Shown here: piece by piece, positions 30,242-39,079 of the stretch
How the letters are laid out: the number at the start of each line of letters is the position of its first letter
Position numbering within the stretch: the first letter of the stretch is position 1
Assembly (NCBI GenBank): GCA_963798845.1
Contig: CAWCUS010000001.1
Span: 288,001 to 352,000, forward strand
Source of the DNA: an uncultured Gemmatimonadales bacterium
Lineage (GTDB): Bacteria; Gemmatimonadota; Gemmatimonadetes; Longimicrobiales; RSA9
DNA length: 64,000 bases
Direction: 5' to 3'
Notes under the pieces: model-generated
Database searches by the model: none
Seen by the model: only the letters and a program-made list of their open reading frames with translations
Told to the model about the DNA's origin: nothing
Made by a program: the position numbers and the translations under genes

Positions 30242-31098
30242 TGTCGTACTCCACGCGCGAGGCGTTCGCGGCGTTTCGCCGGGCTCCGCTCCTCGCGGCC
30301 CTGTCGGCGGGGATGATCGCGCTATCCCTTTTCGTGGTGGGTTTGTTCGGCGTCGGCGCCCATAATGTCCGCCTCGTCCTCGACCAGGTGGAGGCCCGCG
30401 TGGAAGTGGTGGCGTACCTGCGCGATGACGCCCTCCCTGACCAGGTGCAGGCGCTCCGGGCGGAGCTCCTGCGCGCCCCGGTCGTGCGCGACGTCGTCTT
30501 GATCTCGCGGCAGCGGGCGCTCGAGGATGCGCGCCAGGAGCTCACCGACTTCCAGGCGTTGTTCGACGACCTGGAGGACAACCCCTTCCCCGCCTCGCTC
30601 CAGATCACGCTTCGACCCGGGCAGCACGATGCGCGTGCCGTGCACGCCCTCGCCGACCTCGCGGCTCAGGCACCCATCGTGGAGGATGTCCGCTACGGCC
30701 GCGACTGGCTCGACAAGGTGTACCTGCTCCGGCGCGTGGCCGGTGCCACGGCCGTGGTCGTGGGCGGGGCGTTCGCCGCCGTGGCCGCCCTGATCATCAG
30801 CGCCGCCATCCGCCTCGCCATCTTCGCCCGTCGCGACGAGATCGCCATCATGCGCCTGGTCGGTGCCACCCACGGCTTCGTGCGCCGGCCTTTCCTCATC
30901 GAGGGATTCATCACCGGTATTCTCGGCTCCGTCCTCGCGCTCCCCGCCACCTACCTGGTCTTCCGCTTCCTGTCGGGATCCGTGGTGCACCTGGAATGGA
31001 TGCCCCGGGGCTGGATCGTGGCCGGGCTCCTCGCAGGCTCGCTGTTGGGCGTGGTCGCCAGCTTACGGGCGGTGCAACGGCACCTGCGCGAGATATGA
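30241..31098 (+). CDS. ftsX: Cell division permease FtsX
   Basis: Four TMs; NPFPAS, IRLAIFARRDEIAIMRLVGAT...PFLIEG. Confidence 0.95.
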   Translation: MSYSTREAFAAFRRAPLLAALSAGMIALSLFVVGLFGVGAHNVRLVLDQVEARVEVVAYLRDDALPDQVQALRAELLRAPVVRDVVLISRQRALEDARQELTDFQALFDDLEDNPFPASLQITLRPGQHDARAVHALADLAAQAPIVEDVRYGRDWLDKVYLLRRVAGATAVVVGGAFAAVAALIISAAIRLAIFARRDEIAIMRLVGATHGFVRRPFLIEGFITGILGSVLALPATYLVFRFLSGSVVHLEWMPRGWIVAGLLAGSLLGVVASLRAVQRHLREI

Positions 31099-32372
31099 GC
31101 GAGTCGCCCGTCCGGGGGAGCACAGGCCGCCGGCCACGCAGGCACGGTCGACCGCGGCCGCACGCTGTCGCCCGCTTCCTCCCGGCACTCCTGCCTGCCC
31201 TCCTCCTCGCCGCGCTCCCCGCGGCCGGGCAGCAGGACACGCTGCAGCAGCGGATCCGCGCGAGCCAGTCGCGCCTGCAGGAGATCCGGGCCGAGCGCGA
31301 GCGGCTGGAAGGCGAAATGAAGTCGCTCCAGGGGCGCGCCCGGGACCTGTCGGCCGAGCTGTCGAATATCGAGCGCCGGGTTTCCGCGTCCGCCGACGCC
31401 CTGCGCGAGCTGGACTTCCAGACCGCCGCCCTCTCCGCCAGCGCCGACCGGATCACCGGGCAGCTGGTCCAGACGCGCGACAGGCTGCGCGAGCGAACCG
31501 TGGTTCTCGCACGACGGCTCCGGGGAATCTACGAGCAGGGTCCGATGCACACCGCGCGGGTGCTCCTCAGCGCCAGCAGCTTCGGCGACCTCCTCAACCG
31601 CTACAAGTACCTCCACCTCATCTCCGTCCACGACCGCATGCTGGTCAACGAGATCGGCACCCTCGAGAAGCGGCTCAGCGAGCAGGACCAGACCCTCCGC
31701 TCCAGCCTCGCTCAGATCGAGCGGGTTCGGGTCGAGAAGCTCTCCGAGTTCGCGCGCCTCCAGAACCTCGAGCAGTCCCGCAGCCAGACGCTCCGCACCG
31801 TGCGCGGCCGCGTCTCTCGGGCCGAGCAGCGCATGGAGCAGCTCGCCGCCGACGAGCGGCGCCTCAATGGCCTCGTCGACCAGCTCGAACGCGCCCGCAT
31901 CGAAGCCGAGCGGCGCCGAACGGCTGCCGGTGCGGCGGCCGCCGGAGCCACACTCTCCGCGGGCGAGATGGGCACCCTGCACTGGCCGCTCCAGGGCCGG
32001 CTCCTCTACCGCTTCGGCGCCGAGCGACGCCCGAACGGCGTTACGCTGCGCCGCAATGGCATCGGAATCGCCGCACAACCCGGCACGCCCGTGCGCGCCA
32101 TCCGCACCGGCACCGTGGTCGCCGCCCGTCGCATGGAGGGCTTCGGCCCCGGCGTCATCATCAGCCACGGCGGCGGCTTCTATTCGCTCTACCTGTACCT
32201 GGGGTCCATCGCCGTGCGCGAGGGGCAGGACGTCGCCACCGACCAGGTCCTCGGCACCGTCGGCGCCGGCGCCGAGGAGGGGCCCCACCTGTACCTCCAG
32301 ATCCAGGCCCCCATCGGCGGCCAGTCCCCGATCCCAGTGGATCCGATCCCGTGGCTTCAGCCCCGCTCCTGA
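31095..32372 (+). CDS. envC: EnvC-like coiled-coil plus M23 domain murein hydrolase activator
   Basis: Long coiled coil; WPLQG...NGIGI...IISHG...PHLYLQI with degenerate M23 zinc ligands; follows ftsEX. Confidence 0.85.
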   Translation: MSESPVRGSTGRRPRRHGRPRPHAVARFLPALLPALLLAALPAAGQQDTLQQRIRASQSRLQEIRAERERLEGEMKSLQGRARDLSAELSNIERRVSASADALRELDFQTAALSASADRITGQLVQTRDRLRERTVVLARRLRGIYEQGPMHTARVLLSASSFGDLLNRYKYLHLISVHDRMLVNEIGTLEKRLSEQDQTLRSSLAQIERVRVEKLSEFARLQNLEQSRSQTLRTVRGRVSRAEQRMEQLAADERRLNGLVDQLERARIEAERRRTAAGAAAAGATLSAGEMGTLHWPLQGRLLYRFGAERRPNGVTLRRNGIGIAAQPGTPVRAIRTGTVVAARRMEGFGPGVIISHGGGFYSLYLYLGSIAVREGQDVATDQVLGTVGAGAEEGPHLYLQIQAPIGGQSPIPVDPIPWLQPRS

Positions 32373-33502
32373 CCCGAATCGTCGGGCACGAAGACGTCCG
32401 CCGCGACCTGGCCGCCGCCGTCCGCCGCGGCGAGCTCCCCGGGTCCATCCTCGTCCATGGCCAGCGCGGCGTCGGGAGGCAGACACTCGCCCTCTGGCTC
32501 GGCCGCCTCCTCGTGTGCGACGAACCGCAGCCCGACGGGCCGTGCAACCGCTGCCGCTCCTGCCGCCTCGCCATCAAGCTCCAGCACCCCGACGTGCACT
32601 GGTTCTTCCCCCTGCCGCGCCCGAGGGGCGCCTCCAACCCCGAGCGCCTCGCCGAAGCCCTCGAGGAAGCGCGCCTCGACTCCATCGCCCAGCGCCGCGC
32701 CGACCCGCTCTTCACCAGCCCCGAAGACGAGCCCGTCGGGCTGTTCCTCGCACAGGTGCGCACCATCCGCCGTCTCGGCGCCTCCCGACCCGCCATGGCC
32801 CGGCGTCAGGTCTTCATCATCGGCGACGCCGAGCTCCTCGTCCCCCAGGAGGCCAGTGAGGAAGCCGCGAATGCCCTCCTCAAGATCCTCGAAGAGCCGC
32901 CGTCCTCGACCTGGTTCATCCTCACCGCTGCCGACCCGGACGTACTCCTCCCTACCCTCCGATCTCGCCTCCTCCCCGTCCGACTCCGGCCTTTCAGCCA
33001 CGCCGCCGTGCACAGCTTTCTCGTCGAGCGCGCCGGCGCCGACCCCGATCAGGCGGACCTGGCCGCCCGCCTCGGGCAGGGCTCCATCGGCCGCGCCCTC
33101 GCCTTCCTCCCCCGGGACGAAGCCCCGGGCCGCGCACTCGAGCTTCGCGCCGCCGCCCGCGCCTGGCTCGCCGCCGCTCTCGCACCCGACCCGGCGCCCC
33201 GCTTCGCCGCAGCCCACGCCGAACGCCCCGGCGGCGCCCGCGGCGCCTTCCGCGACACCCTCGACCTCCTCTCCCTCTGGCTGCGCGATCTCGGCGCCGT
33301 CGCCGCGGCCGCCGACGACCACGTCGTCAACACCGACGCCCTCCCATTCCTCCGCACCGCCGCGCGCGACACCAGGCCTGACGCCATCCCGCTCGCTCTC
33401 CTCGCCGTTGACGACGCCCGCGACGACGGACGCATCAACGCCAATCCCCAGCTCACGCTCGCCCGGCTCCTCTCCCGCCTCCACCATCTCCTCCGCCGCT
33501 GA
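32351..33502 (+). CDS. holB: DNA polymerase III subunit delta-prime
   Basis: IVGHE, GQRGVGR, C...CNRCRSC, HPDVH, AANALLKILEEPP, LPTLRSR; start approximate. Confidence 0.92.
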   Translation: MASAPLLTRIVGHEDVRRDLAAAVRRGELPGSILVHGQRGVGRQTLALWLGRLLVCDEPQPDGPCNRCRSCRLAIKLQHPDVHWFFPLPRPRGASNPERLAEALEEARLDSIAQRRADPLFTSPEDEPVGLFLAQVRTIRRLGASRPAMARRQVFIIGDAELLVPQEASEEAANALLKILEEPPSSTWFILTAADPDVLLPTLRSRLLPVRLRPFSHAAVHSFLVERAGADPDQADLAARLGQGSIGRALAFLPRDEAPGRALELRAAARAWLAAALAPDPAPRFAAAHAERPGGARGAFRDTLDLLSLWLRDLGAVAAAADDHVVNTDALPFLRTAARDTRPDAIPLALLAVDDARDDGRINANPQLTLARLLSRLHHLLRR

Positions 33503-33706
33503 GCCGGACCCCCGGTCGTCCGGCCGCCCGGTGCCACGAACATAGGACCGGAAATGCCCATGATGACACATAACAATGGCATTTTCTCTGCCTGTTTTCG
33601 TCCAAAGTGCGGGAAACGCGGAGGACGGGAGAGCCATCTTCAAGTGCGACCGTGACTTGCGGTAGGGCGGTTCCGCGCCGTCGGTGGGGCGGCTTATCTT
33701 TGCCGG

Positions 33707-34219
33707 ATGTCGAGCGAGGAGGTGGAGCCACGGCTGAGCCACCAGGACGCGGCCGGACGAGCGCGGATGGTGGATGTCGGGGCGAAAGGGGAGACGCGGC
33801 GGCGCGCTGTGGCGGAGGGCCGGATCCGGATGGATCGGTCGACGTTGGCGGCGCTGGAGGAAGGGCGGACGCCGAAGGGGGACCCGCTGGTGGTGGCGCA
33901 GGTGGCGGGGATCCAGGCGGCGAAGCGGACGTGGGAGCTGATTCCGCTGTGCCATCCGCTTCCTCTGACGAGCGTGGAGCTGGCGCTGGATGCGGACGCC
34001 GGGATTCCCGGGGTTCGCGCGGAGGCCCGGGCGACGGTGGTCGGGCGCACGGGCGTGGAGATGGAGGCGCTGACGGCGGTCTCGGTCGCGCTTCTAACGG
34101 TGTACGACATGCTGAAGGCCGTGGACCGGGAGATGCGGATCGAGGGCATCCGCCTGCTCGAGAAGAGCGGCGGGCGTTCCGGTGAGTGGGCGGCGGACCT
34201 CTCCATGGAGGGTGAATGA
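33707..34219 (+). CDS. moaC: Cyclic pyranopterin monophosphate synthase
   Basis: LSH...[45 protein letters not shown]. Confidence 0.98.
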   Translation: MSSEEVEPRLSHQDAAGRARMVDVGAKGETRRRAVAEGRIRMDRSTLAALEEGRTPKGDPLVVAQVAGIQAAKRTWELIPLCHPLPLTSVELALDADAGIPGVRAEARATVVGRTGVEMEALTAVSVALLTVYDMLKAVDREMRIEGIRLLEKSGGRSGEWAADLSMEGE

Positions 34220-35028
34220 CGAGAGCCAGTGCTGCGGACTCGGGAATGTCGCGGACGGAGCTGCTGCGCGAGCTTGCGCGGCAGGCTGAAGCGCGCGGCC
34301 TCCTGTCGCCGGACGAGGTGGAGGGGCTCCGGAAGAAGGAGCGGCGAGAGGCGGGGGCGCTGTCGCGCTGGGAGTCGGAGCAGGGGGGGCGGATCCGTCG
34401 TCGTGCGGCGGCCGCGTGGGGGCTGATGGGGTCACGCGCACGAGTGAGCGCGATCGCGGCGGTGGCGTTCATCCTGGGTCTCCAGCTGGCGGCGCGCCCG
34501 GACGGCGCTCGCCTTTCGGCGCTCGAGAACGAGGTGTCGAAGGACCGGATTTCGCTGACGGCGAGGAAGGGAGAGCTGGAGCTGGTCCGCATCGAGCTGG
34601 CGCGCTTGAACGAGATCATGACGTACTCGCGTCGCTACGCGATTCCGGCCGACCTGGCCACGGCGATCAACGACATCGCCCTCTCGGAGGGGATCGCGCC
34701 GGCGCTTGCGTTCCGGCTGGTGCAGGTGGAGAGCGGCTTCTACCGCCGTGCGGTGAGCCCGGTGGGCGCCGTGGGGTACGCGCAGCTCATGCCGGCCACG
34801 GCAGTGCAGCTCGACCCGACGATCTCCTACGACGGGCTGTTCGACCGTGACACGAATCTGCGCCTGGGCTTCCGGTACCTGCGCCAACTCCTGGATCGCT
34901 ACGACGGCGACCTGCGCCTGGCGCTTCTCGCGTACAACCGCGGCCCCGGCACAGTGGATTCCATCCGTCGCGACGGCGGCGACCCGGCCAACGGTTACGC
35001 CCGGTCTGTGATGAGCGGCGGCCGCTAG
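34216..35028 (+). CDS. SLT-domain lytic transglycosylase
   Basis: [35 protein letters not shown] overlap with moaC. Confidence 0.9.
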   Translation: MTRASAADSGMSRTELLRELARQAEARGLLSPDEVEGLRKKERREAGALSRWESEQGGRIRRRAAAAWGLMGSRARVSAIAAVAFILGLQLAARPDGARLSALENEVSKDRISLTARKGELELVRIELARLNEIMTYSRRYAIPADLATAINDIALSEGIAPALAFRLVQVESGFYRRAVSPVGAVGYAQLMPATAVQLDPTISYDGLFDRDTNLRLGFRYLRQLLDRYDGDLRLALLAYNRGPGTVDSIRRDGGDPANGYARSVMSGGR

Positions 35029-35062
35029 CCGGGGAGAAGGGCTCCGTCCCGGTCGACGGCCG

Positions 35063-35290
35063 TCAGTCGGAGAGCGTGCCGTGCTCCGGCCGCGGCGCCT
35101 CCGGCCCGTCCACGGTCTCCACCTCCTCCTCGGTGACGCCCACCACCTCTCCGTCGGGGAACTCTACCAGCCATCCTTCCACGCTCGCGGCCGCGTTCTC
35201 CGGCCCCCATCGGCCCACCACCTCACCGGTCCGTCCTCGATACCGTTCCGACTGCTCGTACTGCGGGTTCGTGACGCGCACCCAGTGCAT
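35063..35290 (-). CDS. Small hypothetical protein (SH3/KOW-like)
   Basis: MHWVRVTNP...YRGRTGEVVGRW...WLVEFPDGEVVGVTEEEVE. Confidence 0.6.
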   Translation of the reverse strand: MHWVRVTNPQYEQSERYRGRTGEVVGRWGPENAAASVEGWLVEFPDGEVVGVTEEEVETVDGPEAPRPEHGTLSD

Positions 35291-35397
35291 GACGGGCCTC
35301 CAGCTGCTTCCGTGGATGGTTCGCTCCACGGGCCGGGAGTGCACGAGCCGGGCCAGTGAGGGATCCGTTCACGGCCTCCGGTCTCGACGCGCGGCCA

Positions 35398-36780
35398 TCA
35401 CGCCTGGAGACGAAGCTTCTGCCCGGGATAGATCCGGTTGCCGATCCCGTTCCAGCTCCGGATCTGCGAGACCGAGACGCCGTGCTGATGGGCGATGTCC
35501 CAGAGCGTGTCGCCGTGGCGCACCCGGTACGTCGTCCACGAAGGCACGTCCGGCTGCGCCGTGCCGACGGCCAGCGCTGTGCCCGCGACCGGGACTCGGA
35601 CGGCGTCACCCACCTGGAGTCCACGCGGGTCGATGCCGGCGTTGCTCGAGCGCAGCGCGTCGATGTCCACGCCATACCGGTGCGCGATGTGGCTCAGCGT
35701 CTCGCCGCGCCGGACCCGGTGGATCACCGTTGCGAGCTTCGCGTCGGCATCGAGCCGGTTGAGCGAGGCGACCAGCTTCGCCCCCGATCCCACCGGCACC
35801 CGCACGGGCCACTCCCGGTCCGGCGGAGTCATTCGGCGGACCAGCTGCGGATTGAGGTCGGACACCGCGTCCTCATCCACGCCTGCGGCGTCCGCCACCG
35901 TCGACAGCGCCACACCTCCCGGCACCTTCACCTCATCGTACGAGAGCGGCGCCTGCTGCTCGATGCCATAAAAACCGTACCGGTTCGGATCCTTCGCGAT
36001 ATAGCCCGCCGCCAGCATGAGCGGCACGTAATCACGCGTCTCCCGCGGCAGGTAGTCGTCGATCTTCCAGAACAGAGACTCGTCCCCCTTACGGCCATCC
36101 GCACGCTGTCGGAGGACCCGCTCCACCCGGTTCTCCCCCGTGTTGTACGCCGCCGCCGCCAGATACCAGCTGCCGAACCGGTCGTGCAGGTCCGACAGGT
36201 AGTCCAGCGCCGCGTCCGTCGCCCTCACCGGGTCCCGCCGCTCGTCCACGTACGTCGACACTTCCAGACCGTAGCGACGACCCGTCTCCGCAATGAACTG
36301 CCAGAGGCCCGCCGCCCGCGCCTTAGAGTACGCCTTCGGCGACAGCCCGCTCTCGATCATTCCCAGGTAAAGCAGGTCTTCCGGCATCCCCCGCGCCCGA
36401 AGCTGTGACCGGATGAACGCGCCGTACCTGCCTTCCCGCTCCAGCCACGCGTGGGTGTGGTCCCGGTTCTTCCCCTTCAGGAAGTCGATCCACCACTGCA
36501 CCCGGTCGTTGTACGTCACCGGCAGGTCCCACGACTCCGTCGACCGCGTTTCCAGCGTCCCTGACGCGAACCGCACCACACCCGGCTCCGTCTCCACCCC
36601 CGCGAGCGTCGGCACAGCCGCCCCCGCACCCGCGGCGCCGACCATGTCCAAACCCGCCTCGAGAATCTGGTCCACCGGCGCCGGATCGGTTCCCGGATCC
36701 GGCCGTTGCGCGGCCCACGCGCCCATCCCGAGCACCGTCGCTGCGCCGGCCACCACAGCCGCAAGTGTGCGTCGATTCAT
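35398..36780 (-). CDS. MltD-like lytic transglycosylase with two LysM domains
   Basis: MIESG, AAGLWQFI, AAAYNTGE, ETRDYVP; HRVRRGETLSHIA and YRVRHGDTLWDIA. Confidence 0.95.
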   Translation of the reverse strand: MNRRTLAAVVAGAATVLGMGAWAAQRPDPGTDPAPVDQILEAGLDMVGAAGAGAAVPTLAGVETEPGVVRFASGTLETRSTESWDLPVTYNDRVQWWIDFLKGKNRDHTHAWLEREGRYGAFIRSQLRARGMPEDLLYLGMIESGLSPKAYSKARAAGLWQFIAETGRRYGLEVSTYVDERRDPVRATDAALDYLSDLHDRFGSWYLAAAAYNTGENRVERVLRQRADGRKGDESLFWKIDDYLPRETRDYVPLMLAAGYIAKDPNRYGFYGIEQQAPLSYDEVKVPGGVALSTVADAAGVDEDAVSDLNPQLVRRMTPPDREWPVRVPVGSGAKLVASLNRLDADAKLATVIHRVRRGETLSHIAHRYGVDIDALRSSNAGIDPRGLQVGDAVRVPVAGTALAVGTAQPDVPSWTTYRVRHGDTLWDIAHQHGVSVSQIRSWNGIGNRIYPGQKLRLQA

Positions 36781-36815
36781 ACGCCTCCTCCACAGGGGAT
36801 CACCGGCGATGATAA

Positions 36816-36844
36816 CCGCCCCGAAGACATATGTTCCGGGGCGG
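36816..36844. terminator. GC-rich hairpin, possible terminator of the 36894..37520 gene
   Basis: CCGCCCCG...CGGGGCGG stem; only a short U tail on the minus strand. Confidence 0.4.
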
Positions 36845-36893
36845 GGACGACACTGTAAGTCGCTGCGGCGGTTGGACTAAACGGTCAGAAGGG

Positions 36894-37520
36894 TCAGTCG
36901 GCCGTGTGCAGGAAGTTGCCCAGCGTGCGGTTCAGCGCGCTGAGCACCGCGAGGGAGGCGGCGGCGAGGAGGTCGTCGCCGACCATGACGGCCCCCACGA
37001 GGCGACGGCTGCCACCGTTCAGGAGGAGGAGAGAAGCGACCATGAGGTCGGAGTCGAAGGCGTGGAGTACCTTGACGCCGATCAGGCGGATCGAGAGGTC
37101 GGTGGCGGTGACGGCCTGGACTGCCTCCACGGCGGCGCGGGCGGCAGTGCGGAGCTCGATGGCGTCGCCCCTCTCCCCTTCGGCGGAGCCGGTGTGCGTG
37201 CGATCGTTCCACTCGAGGCGCACGCTGACGGTGACGCGCTCGTTGTCCTCGTCGCGGCGGACGTCTACGAAGCGGACGCGACGCCGGAGCCCGGGCGCGC
37301 TGGGGAGCGTGATGTGGACGTCCAAGTGCGCGGGATCGTATCCCAGTGCCGCGATTCGGTTGCGGACGGCCAGGTCGAGAGGCCCGCGATCGAAGCTGGG
37401 GTCGCCGACGACCCAGAGGTCGTTCGAGCGGATGTCGAAGGACGCGTGCAGCACGCCGTCGAGCCGATCGATCTGCTCTTCGAGCGCCGCCCGCGCGCTG
37501 GGCTCCAGTTGCGCCACCAT
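36894..37520 (-). CDS. Conserved hypothetical protein, paralog of 8005..8721
   Basis: VTVSVRLEW...TGSAE...LVGA...AASLAVLSALNRTL. Confidence 0.75.
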   Translation of the reverse strand: MVAQLEPSARAALEEQIDRLDGVLHASFDIRSNDLWVVGDPSFDRGPLDLAVRNRIAALGYDPAHLDVHITLPSAPGLRRRVRFVDVRRDEDNERVTVSVRLEWNDRTHTGSAEGERGDAIELRTAARAAVEAVQAVTATDLSIRLIGVKVLHAFDSDLMVASLLLLNGGSRRLVGAVMVGDDLLAAASLAVLSALNRTLGNFLHTAD

Positions 37521-37582
37521 GGTCAAGACCGGGTTCTCTGCGCGATAGCAGCGAGGGGAGAGGCGGCGGGACCGTCACACCG

Positions 37583-37612
37583 AAGATAGGCGACGCCTCG
37601 CCCCGGGGTCAA
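37583..37612 (-). promoter_or_regulatory. Putative sigma70 promoter
   Basis: Minus strand TTGACC-N18-TATCTT. Confidence 0.55.
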
Positions 37613-37695
37613 GCGAGGCGGTGAGGAGGGTGGAGCGGTCGCGAGGGGGCAGTGGCAGGCGACCGGCGCACCTGGCCGGGCGCCGGCCCCGCGGG

Positions 37696-38821
37696 TCAGA
37701 AGCGCAGTAGCGCGCCCACGCCGCCGATGTCCTCGACGGCAGGCGCGGCAACGAAGTCGATGGTGACGGCCTGCTCCTCGGCGATGCGGACCATTTCCTC
37801 CACCAGCTCCACCCCGTCGCGCACTTCGCCGCCGCAGTAGGGGCAGTTGCCGGATGTGCGGTCGAGAACGAACTCGCAGCGGCCGCAGCGGCCGCCCGCG
37901 CGGTCGATCCCCCGGGCGACGACGAGGGTCTCGATCTTCCCCTCCTGGAGGCGCTGGAGCGTGTCGGAGAAGCCGGCTACGGCCTTGTGGGAGGTCTCGA
38001 CGCGGTCGTGGATACGGTCGATGGCGCGGGCTTCCTCCTCCTGCAGCATGTGCTCGAAGACACCGGCCAGCTTGCCTCGGATCTCGGCGGGCGAGGCATC
38101 GATCTCCATTCGGTCCGTATGGACGATCTTCCTCCTGAGGGCATCCGGGAAGCACTCCTTGAAGCGGGTCACGTTTTCGTGAGTTCCGAGGAGCGTCAGG
38201 TCGTCCGGGCGGTGCACGCGCACGAAGTCCTCCACCTCGCGGCAGAACTCCTTGAAGAAGTGCTTGGTCTCCTCGGCCTTCCTCGCCTGGTAGTCGCGCG
38301 CGGAGAAGCCCCCGCGCTGGATGTCGTGCGCTGTGGGGTACGGCTCCGTCTCGACGGAGCGCTCGTGCAGCGTCTGGTCGAGATAGAAGCTGAGGAGCCT
38401 GAGGTGCTCGCGGTCGACCAGGATCACGCCGGTGATGGTGGTAGCGCTGCACCACTTCCACGAGGGGGGAGACCACGGGGCGCTGGTCGAAGACGAGCCG
38501 ATTGTCCAGCGGAAGCGGCAGCTGGTGGGCCTGGAGCCACTCGCCGCCCACCTCGAGGTAGAGCGCCACCCCCTTGTTCGCCTCGTCATACTCGCGGTCG
38601 AGCCAGGAGCGGACGCGCGCGAACGCTTCCCCGAGGGCCTCGCGGTGGTGCCCTTCGCGGTCGCTGTCGAGCTCCTTGAACGAGGATTCCTGTCGGGAAA
38701 GGAAGACGTGGTGCGTGCGCTTGTTGTCCGAGTTGACGGACATGTCCAGGAACAGGGAGAGAACGTTGCGGCCGGTGGCCGGACGGTCGAGCAGCGGCCG
38801 GATGTCGTCGCGTGAGATCAT
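37696..38821 (-). pseudogene. Bacterial aeRF1-like (baeRF) release-factor homolog with zinc ribbon, frameshifted by one extra base near 38431
   Basis: N-half MISRDD...VLSLFLD...KGVALY...VQRYHHH and C-half GVILVDREHLRL...GGFSARDYQAR...CGRC...CPYC...GGVGALLRF lie in different frames; span is 1126 nt = 3n+1. Confidence 0.8.
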
Positions 38822-39079
38822 GGGTGTTCTGGCCGGTGGATACCTGGGGTGTTCCACGACGAGGGGGCGCAAGAAACAGGCCCCACGGGCCGCCGGCGAC
38901 GAGCGCCAGGCGACACGCCCGCCGGGTCCGTTCCGTGGCCGCCGCGACGCCACCGGGAACCGCCGGGACCGGGGCGGCCGGGTGGATTCGGGGCGGTCAT
39001 CCGGGTGCGTCCGGAGCCGCTTCCCGGCCCGATGATCGGCGCGATCAGCGGCGCCCGCTTCTTCTCACGAGACGCGGAG

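Noticed and set aside
33503..33706. Moco riboswitch, oriC or dif site upstream of moaC
   Set aside because: No recognisable Moco RNA motifs, DnaA boxes or convincing XerC/D arms; moaC appears leaderless
38421..38460. prfB-type autoregulatory frameshift
   Set aside because: No CTT-TGA and no in-frame stop at the shift site
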